Assembly (NCBI GenBank): GCA_031362565.1
Contig: JANLSU010000081.1
Span: 59,768-123,767, forward strand
Length of the DNA: 64,000 nucleotides
DNA from: a bacterium
GTDB taxonomy: Bacteria; Krumholzibacteriota; Krumholzibacteriia; G020349025
Direction: 5' to 3'
Made by a program: the position numbers and the translations under genes. Shown here piece after piece: positions 28,901 to 37,200 of this stretch (position 1 is its first letter; each line of letters opens with the position of its first letter). Below the pieces are notes generated by a model. That model was not told the origin of the DNA. It saw only the letters and a list, made by a program, of their open reading frames with translations, and did no database searches.

Positions 28901-29248
28901 AATCTTGGACAAGTATTCGAGCACCCTGGAGCGCGCCCAGTAGATGTCGGTACCATCCTGGAAGATGACATAGACGTAGGAAAATCCAAAATCCGAGAAG
29001 CCGCGCACGGCGCGAACCCGCGGCGCTCCCAAGAGCGCCGTGACGATGGGATACGTCACCTGATCTTCTAGAATATCGGGGGATCGTTCCCAGCGCGAAT
29101 AGATGATGACTTGAGTGTCGGACAGGTCGGGCAACGCATCCAAGCGGATGACCCGCAGCACGTGGATCGCGAAGGCGCACGCCGCCACGGTGGCGAGCAG
29201 GACGAAAATGCGGCGTTCGGCCGAGAATGCGATGATGCGCCGGATCAT
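25979..29248 (-). CDS. heavy-metal efflux RND permease (CusA/CzcA family)
   Basis: 1089 aa; N-terminus MIRRIIAFSAERRIFVLLATVA...DALPDLSDTQVIIYSRWERSPDILEDQVTYPI matches the HME-RND N-terminus. Confidence 0.9.
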   Translation of the reverse strand: MIRRIIAFSAERRIFVLLATVAACAFAIHVLRVIRLDALPDLSDTQVIIYSRWERSPDILEDQVTYPIVTALLGAPRVRAVRGFSDFGFSYVYVIFQDGTDIYWARSRVLEYLSKIQPRLPAGVQTELGPDASGVGWVFQYALVDHSGKHSLDELRSFQDWTLRYALQSVPGVAEVAAIGGFVKQYQVTVDPNQLAAYRLPLDDVVEAIRRSNNEVGGRLLEWSGREYMVRGRGYARSVEDLASVVVKADSSGTPILLRDVAHIEIGPEIRRGVADLDGLGDHVCGIVVMRHGENALNVIDRVRQKLRDIEPSLPDGVEIVTTYDRSDLIHRALHALRHELLVEMIIVSLVILVFLWHIPSAVVPIVTIPVAVLLSFIPLYALGVTVNIMSLAGIAISIGVLVDGAIVEVENAYNKLHEWHAGGRHGDFHQVRLQAMQEVAPAVFLSLLVIAVAFLPVFALVDQEGRLFKPLAYSKNLAMGIAALLAITLDPAMRMMFTRVDPFRFRPAWLARFVTHLAVGTYHAEARHPISRAIARVYDPACRFVLRHPRKVIGGAVLIVLLALPAYVRLGSEFMPPLHEGTMMYMPTTLPGISVAQAQELLQTQDRVLRSFPEVERVFGKAGRADTSTDPAPFSMMETTVVLKPDREWRARPRWYSSWMPDPVQRLVRPIWPDRISYEQLVDEMDAALRIPGTTNSWTMPIKARVDMLSTGVRTPVGIKILGGDAREIERIGEHIEAVLRDVPGTRSVYAERIAGGYFVDFEPRREQLARHGLTVESLQRVIVSAIGGENVTTTIEGRERYPVNVRYPREWRDDIDQLRRVLVSTPRGAQVPLGQLADVKLAEGPSMVRDENGFVAGYVYVDISNRDLGGYVEEAKRVVRDQVELPAGVVLQWSGQYENMQRVRERLQLIVPITLALIFMLLYANTRSAFKASVVMLAVPFSIVGAVVLFHILGYNVSIAAWVGMIALMGLDAETGVFMLLFLDLAYEQAQKAGRLRSMADLDAAILHGAVRRARPKMMTVAAAFLGLLPILWSTAAGADVTKRIAAPMIGGLVTSFLLELLVYPPIYKLWRARQLRREGAFAVVAR

Positions 29249-30678
29249 GGGCGGACTCCCGCCGCGGGCGCCGTCGCGGCGGGCTCGGTCAGTGCGCCGC
29301 GCAAGCGCGATTCCGAGTCGAGCAGGAAGTTGGCGCGCACGACGACGCGTTCGCCGGTTTCGACGCCGGAAAGCACCTGGGCACGGCCGTCGCTGCGCAA
29401 TCCAACCTTGACGTTGCGCGGCTCGAAGCGGTCACCCTCTGTTTCCACGAACACGATCTGATGTTCACCGGAGTCGAGCACCGCGGATTCCGGGATCACG
29501 ACACCCTCGGCCGACTGCACCGACAACCACACATCGACGTACATGGAAGGCTTCAGCATCAGGCGTGGGTTCTCCAGATCGAACCGCACCTTGAGGGTGC
29601 GGGTCTCGGGATCCACGTAGGGATACACGTAGGATACCTTGGCCATGAGGGTGGTCCCGGGGTCGTACGGCAGAGTCAGTTCGGCCGTTTGCCCGGTGGA
29701 GACGAGGTGGGCCTCGTTCTCGTAGAAATCGGCCTCGACCCACACGTGCGACAAGTCGGTGACGGTGAACATTTCGTACCCGGGCTCGACCTGCTGGCCT
29801 TCGATGACGTTCTTCATCGTGACGTAACCGGAAACCGGCGCGAAGTACGTCACCGTGCGCTGCGGCCGGCCGTTCCGTTCCACCGTCGCGATGAAATCGG
29901 CGGGCACATCCAGCAACTGGAGGCGCCGCCGCGCCGCCGCCAACAGGTCCTCGGCGCCACGCCGCGTCTCCTCCGGAGCATCGGGCGCCAATTGCGCCAC
30001 CGCGGTGCGGGCGTGCAGCAGCTCTTCCTGGCTTGCCAGAAGTTCCGGCGAATACAGTGTGAATGCCGGATCTCCCTGGCGCACGCGCTGGCCCGTGACG
30101 TTCATGAGCAGATTCTCGACGAACCCGCCGATCTTGACGTGCATGTGGTGGATGCGGGTCTCGTCGGCCACGATGATGCCGACGGTCCGAATCCGGCGCG
30201 CCAAGTGTTCACGCACCGCAACCGCCGTCTGCACGCCGGCAAGCTGCCGCGAGTCGCCGTGCAACGAGATGCCGGCATGCCCGGCGACGGGAATCGACGC
30301 CGGGGGCCCCGAATCCGCAAAGACCGGCACGAAGTCCATCCCCATCGCATCTTTCGCCGGCACGTCGGACCGAACGGTGGGGTCCATCGGGCTGCGGTAG
30401 AAGAGAATCCGCGGCTTGGTGGCGTGTTTCCCGCCCGCTTGGGCGTGCTGCGTCGAATCGGCGGCGACCCGCGGCACCAATCGCATGTTGCAGATCGGAC
30501 AGTCGCCCGGATGATCGGTGACGTAGGCCGGGTGCATCGGACAGGTGTACTCCTGCGCCGTTTGGGTCTTGTGAGTGCATCCCGGCATCAGAGCCATGGC
30601 GACCGTGATGCCGGCTACGAGCGCCAGGCGCCATCCGATTGACCACAGCCGCCGCCAAGCCAGTGCTTTCATCGCCAA
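29245..30678 (-). CDS. RND efflux periplasmic adaptor (CusB/CzcB family) with N-terminal heavy-metal-binding motif
   Basis: CPMHPAYVTDHPGDCPICNMRL metal-binding motif. Membrane-fusion-protein beta-barrel/lipoyl regions. ATGA overlap with czcA-like gene. Confidence 0.8.
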   Translation of the reverse strand: MAMKALAWRRLWSIGWRLALVAGITVAMALMPGCTHKTQTAQEYTCPMHPAYVTDHPGDCPICNMRLVPRVAADSTQHAQAGGKHATKPRILFYRSPMDPTVRSDVPAKDAMGMDFVPVFADSGPPASIPVAGHAGISLHGDSRQLAGVQTAVAVREHLARRIRTVGIIVADETRIHHMHVKIGGFVENLLMNVTGQRVRQGDPAFTLYSPELLASQEELLHARTAVAQLAPDAPEETRRGAEDLLAAARRRLQLLDVPADFIATVERNGRPQRTVTYFAPVSGYVTMKNVIEGQQVEPGYEMFTVTDLSHVWVEADFYENEAHLVSTGQTAELTLPYDPGTTLMAKVSYVYPYVDPETRTLKVRFDLENPRLMLKPSMYVDVWLSVQSAEGVVIPESAVLDSGEHQIVFVETEGDRFEPRNVKVGLRSDGRAQVLSGVETGERVVVRANFLLDSESRLRGALTEPAATAPAAGVRP

Positions 30679-31967
30679 CCTCCCGCATGCGTCGCGTTGC
30701 CGGCCGGCGCCGGCGGATGCACGAGCGCCTCGATTTCCGCCCAGGTGATGTAACGTTGCGCCTCGCGCCGGAAGAGCGCCCGGCGGGCGCCGATGGCGAT
30801 TTCCAGATCCTCGAGCACCGTCGCGAAGTCACCACGGCCCGCCCCGTAGGTCGAACGCGCCACATCGAGTGCCGACTCGGCTTGCGGCACGATCTCGTCG
30901 TGGTAGCGGTGCACTTGCGCATCGTCGCGCACCCACTGCGCGGCGAGCCGCACCGCCTGCGCACGCACGTCGTTCTCCACATCGGCGAGCTCGAGGCGCG
31001 CGGCATCGACTTCGGCATCGGCGGCATGCACCGCAGGACCCTGCTTGGCGCGCCGCCACACCGGCAGGTCGGCGCCAACTCGCAGCCCGATGACCGGATC
31101 GAGCCCGCCACGATTCGCATAGCCGGCGCCCACAAAGACGTTCGGCTTACCTTCTTGGCGCTGCGCATGCGCCCGGGCCTCGGCGGCAGCAATCGAAGCG
31201 CGTTGCCGCACGACCGCCACCGAGGCGGCAACGGCGCGCACCGGCAATTCGGCAGCCGCAACTTGCGTCTCCGGCAGGCGCACGAAGGCGCCGAACGAAG
31301 TGCCTGGATCCCGTCCGAGCCAACGATTCAGATCGGCGCTCGCACCGATTCGCTCGGCCGCAAGATCCGCGAGTTCGGCGTCGACGCGTGACAGCGCCAA
31401 CTGGGCGCGCAGTTGCGGCTCCATCGCCGCGTCGCCGGTGCTGTAGCGTGCGGTTCCCGAATCGCGCAGCAGCAACGCCACGTCGCGCGCCGCATCGAGC
31501 GCATGGCGCTCGGCATCGAGAGCGTAGAGACGCGCGTACTGGGTGCGCACCGCGACAGTGACGCGCCGCGCTTCGTCCACGATGTCGACGTCGAGCACGC
31601 GCGCCTCCTGTTCGACGGCTTGGCGCTCCGCGCCGCGCCGTCCGAAGCCACCGAGTTCTTGACGCAGTTCCACCCCCAGCGTCGACATCTCATCCTTGCC
31701 AACCGTCCAGCGCGGGAAGCTCACATCCTCGAGGCCGAATTCGAGCCCCGGATCGGCAAGTGCACCGGCAGCCCTGGCGCGCAGATGCACGGCGGCGGCG
31801 CGCGCCCGGCGCGCCGCGATCGAGGGCGCCGACGTGAGCGCCGTCGCGACAAGACTGTCGACGGGTGGCGCCTCGGCGCCCGTGCCGACCGGGGTTACGC
31901 CGGCGGCCGGCAAAGCGGCGAGCGTCAACCAGGCGACCAATAGTGTTCGAAGCGAATCGGACAACAT
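30669..31967 (-). CDS. outer-membrane efflux protein (TolC/CusC/CzcC family)
   Basis: Signal peptide MLSDSLRTLLVAWLTLAALPAAG. Two-repeat alpha-helical/beta-barrel OEP pattern. GAGAGGAAGG SD before ATG 31965-31967. Confidence 0.75.
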   Translation of the reverse strand: MLSDSLRTLLVAWLTLAALPAAGVTPVGTGAEAPPVDSLVATALTSAPSIAARRARAAAVHLRARAAGALADPGLEFGLEDVSFPRWTVGKDEMSTLGVELRQELGGFGRRGAERQAVEQEARVLDVDIVDEARRVTVAVRTQYARLYALDAERHALDAARDVALLLRDSGTARYSTGDAAMEPQLRAQLALSRVDAELADLAAERIGASADLNRWLGRDPGTSFGAFVRLPETQVAAAELPVRAVAASVAVVRQRASIAAAEARAHAQRQEGKPNVFVGAGYANRGGLDPVIGLRVGADLPVWRRAKQGPAVHAADAEVDAARLELADVENDVRAQAVRLAAQWVRDDAQVHRYHDEIVPQAESALDVARSTYGAGRGDFATVLEDLEIAIGARRALFRREAQRYITWAEIEALVHPPAPAGNATHAGGWR

Positions 31968-32624
31968 GACCTTCCTCTCGCCATTCCGGCCCGCCCGTGC
32001 CGCAATGCTCGCTGACCCCAAGGGACGCCGCGAAGCCGCGCGCCTGCCGCAGGACAAACGGCAAGGCAACGCCGCACCATGGAGGCGCGCTGCGCAAATG
32101 CATGATCGAGAAGGGTCGAGGTCAGACGACGAGAGTGCAGAAGAGCGTCAATATCGATTCGCTATGATGCGCCGCGATGCGTGAGTCGGCCGCGGGCTGC
32201 ACCAGGTCCGGGCGGCTCGCGGGCACCAGAAAATGGATTGGGTAGACGGCGGCCACGAGGTGCGAACTCTGCAAGCCGGTCCGCGATGGAATCTCGCCGC
32301 TGGGTGCGAGTGGTGCGGGTGTGGACGCCGGACGCGGATGGCAGGAGGCTCCCGGACCGCAGCGGCAGACCCTCCCGGCGCAACACGAACTCACGGCCGA
32401 GTGAACCGTTGGTGCACATCGGACGGGCGGCTGCGCACGCAGGGCGAGCGGCGTCGTGGCGACGAGCCACGCGGCAGCGATTCGAACCCAGGGACGCAAC
32501 ACGGCCTCCTCGTCCACAAGCGCACCTTCAAGGGTAGAAGGCGCGCCAAAGGCTGTCAACGGGCGGCAGCCCACGCGGTCTTCCACACCTGCAGGTCATC
32601 CAGATTCGTGCCATGATGGGACGA

Positions 32625-33029
32625 TCAGTTCGTGTTCCGTGCGGCTTGGTTGAGGATCCGCAGCAGCATCGCTTCGAGCGACTCCGAGTCGACGGGCTGA
32701 GCCAGGTAGAACAGCACCCCGGCGCGCCGCGCCGCCCGTTCGAGTTCGAGCGAGTGCTCATGGGCGATGTAGACGACGCGGACATCGGGCCGCACCCGGT
32801 GGACATCGTCCACGAGTTCCGGCCCCGGACGTTCCGTCACCGCATCGTCGAGAACCAGGAGCGCCGGATTCAAGAGACAAAGCGCCGTCAGACACTCAGC
32901 GGCCGATCCAACTTGGGTCACCCGTGGAGCCCGCGCCCCGAGCGGCGTAAACGCCTCGGCAACGTGCGCACTCAATCCCCGATCGCGGGTCGCAACCACA
33001 ACCTGCGAACTCTTAGCCGCGAAGGGCAT
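32625..33029 (-). CDS. stand-alone receiver-like (CheY-fold) protein, degenerate acidic pocket
   Basis: 134 aa from MPFAAKSSQVVVATRDRG... Has LLVLDDAVT (phospho-Asp region) and C-terminal LEAMLLRIL. The N-terminal DD pair is replaced by TRD. Confidence 0.4.
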   Translation of the reverse strand: MPFAAKSSQVVVATRDRGLSAHVAEAFTPLGARAPRVTQVGSAAECLTALCLLNPALLVLDDAVTERPGPELVDDVHRVRPDVRVVYIAHEHSLELERAARRAGVLFYLAQPVDSESLEAMLLRILNQAARNTN

Positions 33030-33496
33030 TGCCGCTCCGATCCAAGCCGCGCCGCGCCTCGAACCTCGGCGCGCGTGCGACCTACACACTCCCCAGTGCG
33101 AGACCCATGCCGGTCGCAGCAAACACCCTGCTTTCGGCCCAGCCGCGCGCCGGCTCGGGCGCTCGAAGGCATCGAGTCGGTCGTCTCGAGCCCTACAGGC
33201 CGATGTGTTACCGCACTCGAGCTCTTTGTGAAATTTTTCACAAAGTCTCGCACAGTCCCCAAGTCGCCAATTCCGACCCCGCATGCCCCCGAAAGCCCCA
33301 TCCCCCGAAGAAACCCCTGGCGCCAACGGACACAACCCCCGCAGGGGCAACCGGACCTGGTACGAAGTGAGGATCGCGTTTGGAGCGTGGAATGGGACTC
33401 GCCACGATTCCGACTCCGATTCCGACTAGTCGCACGCCTCCGAAGACCGCCACGCACCAGCAGTCGCGCGCGTTCGCGCGTTCGCGCCGCCGCGCA

Positions 33497-34984
33497 TCAG
33501 TCTTCCGAAACCGCGATTCCGAACTTGCGGATCTTAGCGTAGAGCTGTTTCCTCGAGATGCCGAGCATTTTGGCCGCGCGCACTTTGTTGCCTTCCGTCA
33601 TCGCGAGCGCCCGCGTCAGCAGCGCGCGCTCCGAATCCTCGAAGGTCGGCAGTTCGTCGCTGTTGAACATAAGAACGGGATCGCGGCGCTCGACATGCGG
33701 CGCCAGCCCGGACATTTCGAGCGGCAGGTCTTCGAGAGCGATGGAGTCGCCGCGGCCATACGCAAACGCCACCTCGATGGCATTCATAAGTTCGCGAACA
33801 TTGCCCGGCCACGCATACCTCGCCAGCGCCGCCGAGGCGTCAGCCTCGATGCCCTTGACGACGCGCGGGTAGCGCTCGTTGAAGAGGTCGATGAAATACT
33901 CGACGAGCAATGGCACGTCTGCCGCACGATCGCGCAGCGGCGGCAGCGCCAGAGTGTGCACTTTGAGCCGGTAGTAGAGGTCCTCGCGCAGCTTGCCCTC
34001 GGCGATCGCCAGGGTGGGATCGCGGTTCGTCGAAGCGATGAACCGCACATCGACCGCAGTCTCCTGCGTCGAGCCGACCGGCCGCACGCGCCGGTCTTGC
34101 AGAACACGCAGCAACTTGGCCTGCGTCTCCGGCTGCATTTCGGTGATTTCGTCGAGGAACAACGTCCCGCCGTCCGCGGCGCGAACCAGCCCCAGGTACT
34201 CGCCCACCGCACCACTGAAGGCGCCCTTCCGGTGGCCGAAGAGTTCGCTCTCGATGAGCTCCCGGGGCAACGCGGCGCAGTTCACGGCGATGAACGCCGA
34301 CTTGCCTCCCGGCCCGCACTCGTGAATCGCGCGGGCGACGAGTTCCTTCCCCGTACCGCTCTCGCCGGCGATCAGGATCGAGGCGCGCCCGTGGGCGGCT
34401 TGCTGAATGCGGCTGTACATCTGGCGCATTGCCGCACTCGCACCCACCATGCCGTGAAAGCTCGTGCGCTGCGCGGCCTCGGGATCGAGGCGTTCCAGAT
34501 CGAGTTCTTGCCGGCGGGTGCGGGCCGCACTACGCGCGTCATGGACGCCGAAATACACCTGCGCGAGCAGGATCATGCGAACGTGCGACAGCTTGTCGAA
34601 CGTCAGGAGCACATCGGGCCCCTTGGCCAGAATCGACAGCTTGTGGCGGAAATAGTGTGCGGCACTTTCCTCGAAGAGATGCATCGAGGCGATGATTTCC
34701 TCGAACGGCACACCGCGCTCCACCATGCGCGCCCCGACCTTCTGCACCTCGCGCGCCAGGGCCACGATGTCCCGCTCGAGGAGCGTCGAGACCACGGCAT
34801 CCAGATCGAGGCCGAAATACGACTCGAACTCTTCGCGCGCGAAGGTCCGATCGGGACCGAAATGCAGCGTATAGAGTTCGTACCAACGCTCGAGAACACC
34901 GGGGCGATTGTCGCGCAAGATGCGCAGAATCGGCCCGAGACGTTCGATCTCTTCGTCGTTGATGAGATGGAAATAGCGCGCCAT
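33497..34984 (-). CDS. sigma-54-dependent transcriptional activator with ~190-aa non-receiver N-terminal sensory domain
   Basis: GESGTGKE, ESELFGHRKGAFSGA (GAFTGA variant), C-terminal HTH RAAKMLGISRKQLYAKIRKFGI. Start at MARYFHLINDEE (ATG 34982-34984). Confidence 0.85.
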   Translation of the reverse strand: MARYFHLINDEEIERLGPILRILRDNRPGVLERWYELYTLHFGPDRTFAREEFESYFGLDLDAVVSTLLERDIVALAREVQKVGARMVERGVPFEEIIASMHLFEESAAHYFRHKLSILAKGPDVLLTFDKLSHVRMILLAQVYFGVHDARSAARTRRQELDLERLDPEAAQRTSFHGMVGASAAMRQMYSRIQQAAHGRASILIAGESGTGKELVARAIHECGPGGKSAFIAVNCAALPRELIESELFGHRKGAFSGAVGEYLGLVRAADGGTLFLDEITEMQPETQAKLLRVLQDRRVRPVGSTQETAVDVRFIASTNRDPTLAIAEGKLREDLYYRLKVHTLALPPLRDRAADVPLLVEYFIDLFNERYPRVVKGIEADASAALARYAWPGNVRELMNAIEVAFAYGRGDSIALEDLPLEMSGLAPHVERRDPVLMFNSDELPTFEDSERALLTRALAMTEGNKVRAAKMLGISRKQLYAKIRKFGIAVSED

Positions 34985-35076
34985 GCTCCTCCGAGCGCTG
35001 CCGCGCCGATGCTGAGCGCCGCGGCAAGGCGGCACTCTATCACGCGCCCACCCATCGGGGGGGCACCGCGTGCAAA

Positions 35077-37200
35077 TCAGCCTTCTTCCGGACGGAGCGG
35101 TTCGAAGACGGGCTCGCTCGTTTCGCGCGCCCTCTGGAGCGCACGCTTTGCGGCTTCGTACTGCCGTAATTGCGAGCGAAACGGGTCTTCGCCTTTGGCG
35201 GGACGGCGGCGCTTGTAGGTGCCGTCGGCTTGTAAACGCCGGGCCTTGACGTTGTCCTGAAATACCGCCTCGAGCGCTTCGAGCACCTTGCGGCGGCATG
35301 CCGGGTGCTCCACCGGAAACATCAATTCGATGCGCCGGTCCAGGTTACGCGGCATCCAGTCGGCACTGCCCAAGTACACCTCTTCGTCGCCACCGTTATG
35401 GAAATGAAAAATCCGCGAGTGCTCCAGGAACCGGTCGACGATGGACACGACCTCGATGTTGTCGCTGGTGCCGCGCACGCCCGGGCGCAAACAGCAGATG
35501 CCCCGCACCGCGAGTTGAATCTTGACGCCGGCCCGCGACGCCTCATAGAGAGCGCGAATGAGATCGCCGTCGACGAGCGAATTCATCTTGGCCCGGATTG
35601 CCGCCGGCTGCCCGGCCTCGGCGCGGCGTTGCTCGCGCTCGACAAGATCGAGGCAGCGGGCGCGGAGGAACGTCGGCGCCATGACCAGTTTGTCCATGCG
35701 CGGCGGATCGGAATAACCCGTGAGGGCGTTGAAAAACGCCGAGGCATCGGCGCCGATCTGCGCATCGGCGGTCATCAGGCCGAAATCGGTGTAGAGGCGT
35801 GCCGTCTTGTCGTTGTAGTTGCCGGTGCCCAGGTGCACATAACGCTCGATGCCACGCCGGCCGCGCCGCACCACCAGGCAGATCTTGGCGTGCGTCTTGT
35901 AGCCGCGAATTCCATAGATGACATGCGCGCCCGCCTCTTCCAAGCGGCGCGCCCAACGGATGTTGGATTGCTCGTCGAATCGCGCCATGAGCTCCACCAG
36001 CACCGTCACCTGCTTGCCCTGCTCGGCCGCTCTCACGAGGCCGCGCACGACCGGCGAGTCACCACTCGTGCGGTACAGCGTCTGCTTGATCGCCAGCACG
36101 TCCGGATCGTCGGAAGCCCGGTGCATGAAGGCGATCACCGGTTCGAACCCGTCATACGGATGATGGAGAAGGATGTCGCGTTCCTGGAGCACTTCGAAGA
36201 GATCGTCGGTTTCGGCAAGATCCGGCAACGGCAACGGCCGCAAGACCGGATCGCGCAGATTGGCCAGCCCAGGCAGTTCGACGAGCGCCATGAGGGCGCG
36301 GATATCCAGCGGTCCGGCGATGCGATAGACGTCGGCGGGGTCCGCGTCGAGCCGGGCAACCAGCGCCGCGACCAAGGCTTCGGTGGCGCTGACGTCGATT
36401 TCGAGGCGCACCGCGTGGCCGCGGCGCCGCTTGCGCAATTCATCCTCGAGAACGGCGACGTAGTCACCGCCCTCGTCATCCAGTTCCATTTCCGCGTCGC
36501 GGGTAATCCGGCACGCGGCGGCTTCGAGCACCGTTTGTCCTGGGAACAGGGCTGCGAGTCCGGCACGAATGACATCCTCGAGCCACGCATACGTGCCGGG
36601 TTCGCTGCCGGCCACACGCACGAGACGTGGCAGGCGCGACGGCACCTGCACGATTGCGAGGCGGGCCAGTTCCTCGCCGGGCGCGGGTGCAAGCCGGAGC
36701 GCCAGGTTGAGGCTCAGGCTCGCGAGCATCGGAAACGGCCGCGAGCTTTCGATGGCGATCGGCGTCAGCGCCGGCAGCACCTCGTTTTCGAAGAAACGCG
36801 CCAGAGCTTCGCGTTGATCGGACGACAGCTCATCGAACGCGGTGATGCGAATCCCGCGCGTCGCGAGCGCCGGCAAGATGGACCCGGTCACGGTGCCCAC
36901 CAATTGGTCCACCATGGCGTGGGCCCGCGTCGCGATCCGGTCCAGCTGTTCGGCGGGAGTCAGGCCGGCATTGTCCGGCCCCACGTCGCCGTCCTCGACC
37001 ATCTGCTTGAGAACGGCCACCCGGACCATGAAGAACTCGTCGAGGTTGTTGGCGGCGATACATGCGAACTTGAGCCGCTCGAGAAGCGGGGTGTCGGGAT
37101 CGATGGCCTCTTCGAGCACCCGCGCATCGAACTCAAGCCACGACAATTCGCGGTTCAAGAACAGCTCGGGCTGGCGGCGTCGCGATCGTGAAACGCTCAC
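35077..37200 (-). CDS. ppk: polyphosphate kinase 1
   Basis: 707 aa. N-terminus ...FLNRELSWLEFDARVLEEA and the PPK1 domain order. ATGA overlap with the upstream ppx-like gene. Confidence 0.9.
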   Translation of the reverse strand: MSVSRSRRRQPELFLNRELSWLEFDARVLEEAIDPDTPLLERLKFACIAANNLDEFFMVRVAVLKQMVEDGDVGPDNAGLTPAEQLDRIATRAHAMVDQLVGTVTGSILPALATRGIRITAFDELSSDQREALARFFENEVLPALTPIAIESSRPFPMLASLSLNLALRLAPAPGEELARLAIVQVPSRLPRLVRVAGSEPGTYAWLEDVIRAGLAALFPGQTVLEAAACRITRDAEMELDDEGGDYVAVLEDELRKRRRGHAVRLEIDVSATEALVAALVARLDADPADVYRIAGPLDIRALMALVELPGLANLRDPVLRPLPLPDLAETDDLFEVLQERDILLHHPYDGFEPVIAFMHRASDDPDVLAIKQTLYRTSGDSPVVRGLVRAAEQGKQVTVLVELMARFDEQSNIRWARRLEEAGAHVIYGIRGYKTHAKICLVVRRGRRGIERYVHLGTGNYNDKTARLYTDFGLMTADAQIGADASAFFNALTGYSDPPRMDKLVMAPTFLRARCLDLVEREQRRAEAGQPAAIRAKMNSLVDGDLIRALYEASRAGVKIQLAVRGICCLRPGVRGTSDNIEVVSIVDRFLEHSRIFHFHNGGDEEVYLGSADWMPRNLDRRIELMFPVEHPACRRKVLEALEAVFQDNVKARRLQADGTYKRRRPAKGEDPFRSQLRQYEAAKRALQRARETSEPVFEPLRPEEG

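Noticed and set aside
31968-32121. sigma-54-like GGCAC...GC motif upstream of czcC, and a similar TGGCGC motif upstream of the heparinase-like gene (about 22600-22640)
   Set aside because: GG-to-GC spacing is one nucleotide short of the canonical -24/-12 geometry in both cases.
32470-32520. GGGTTCGAATC-like segment resembling a tRNA T-arm (minus strand)
   Set aside because: Flanking bases do not form a 5-bp T-stem or an acceptor stem, and no CCA context is present. It is probably coincidental and lies inside the candidate small ORF.
32613-33542. 309-aa plus-strand ORF
   Set aside because: It overlaps the receiver-like gene in antisense and has no domain. The receiver frame has CheY-fold motifs.
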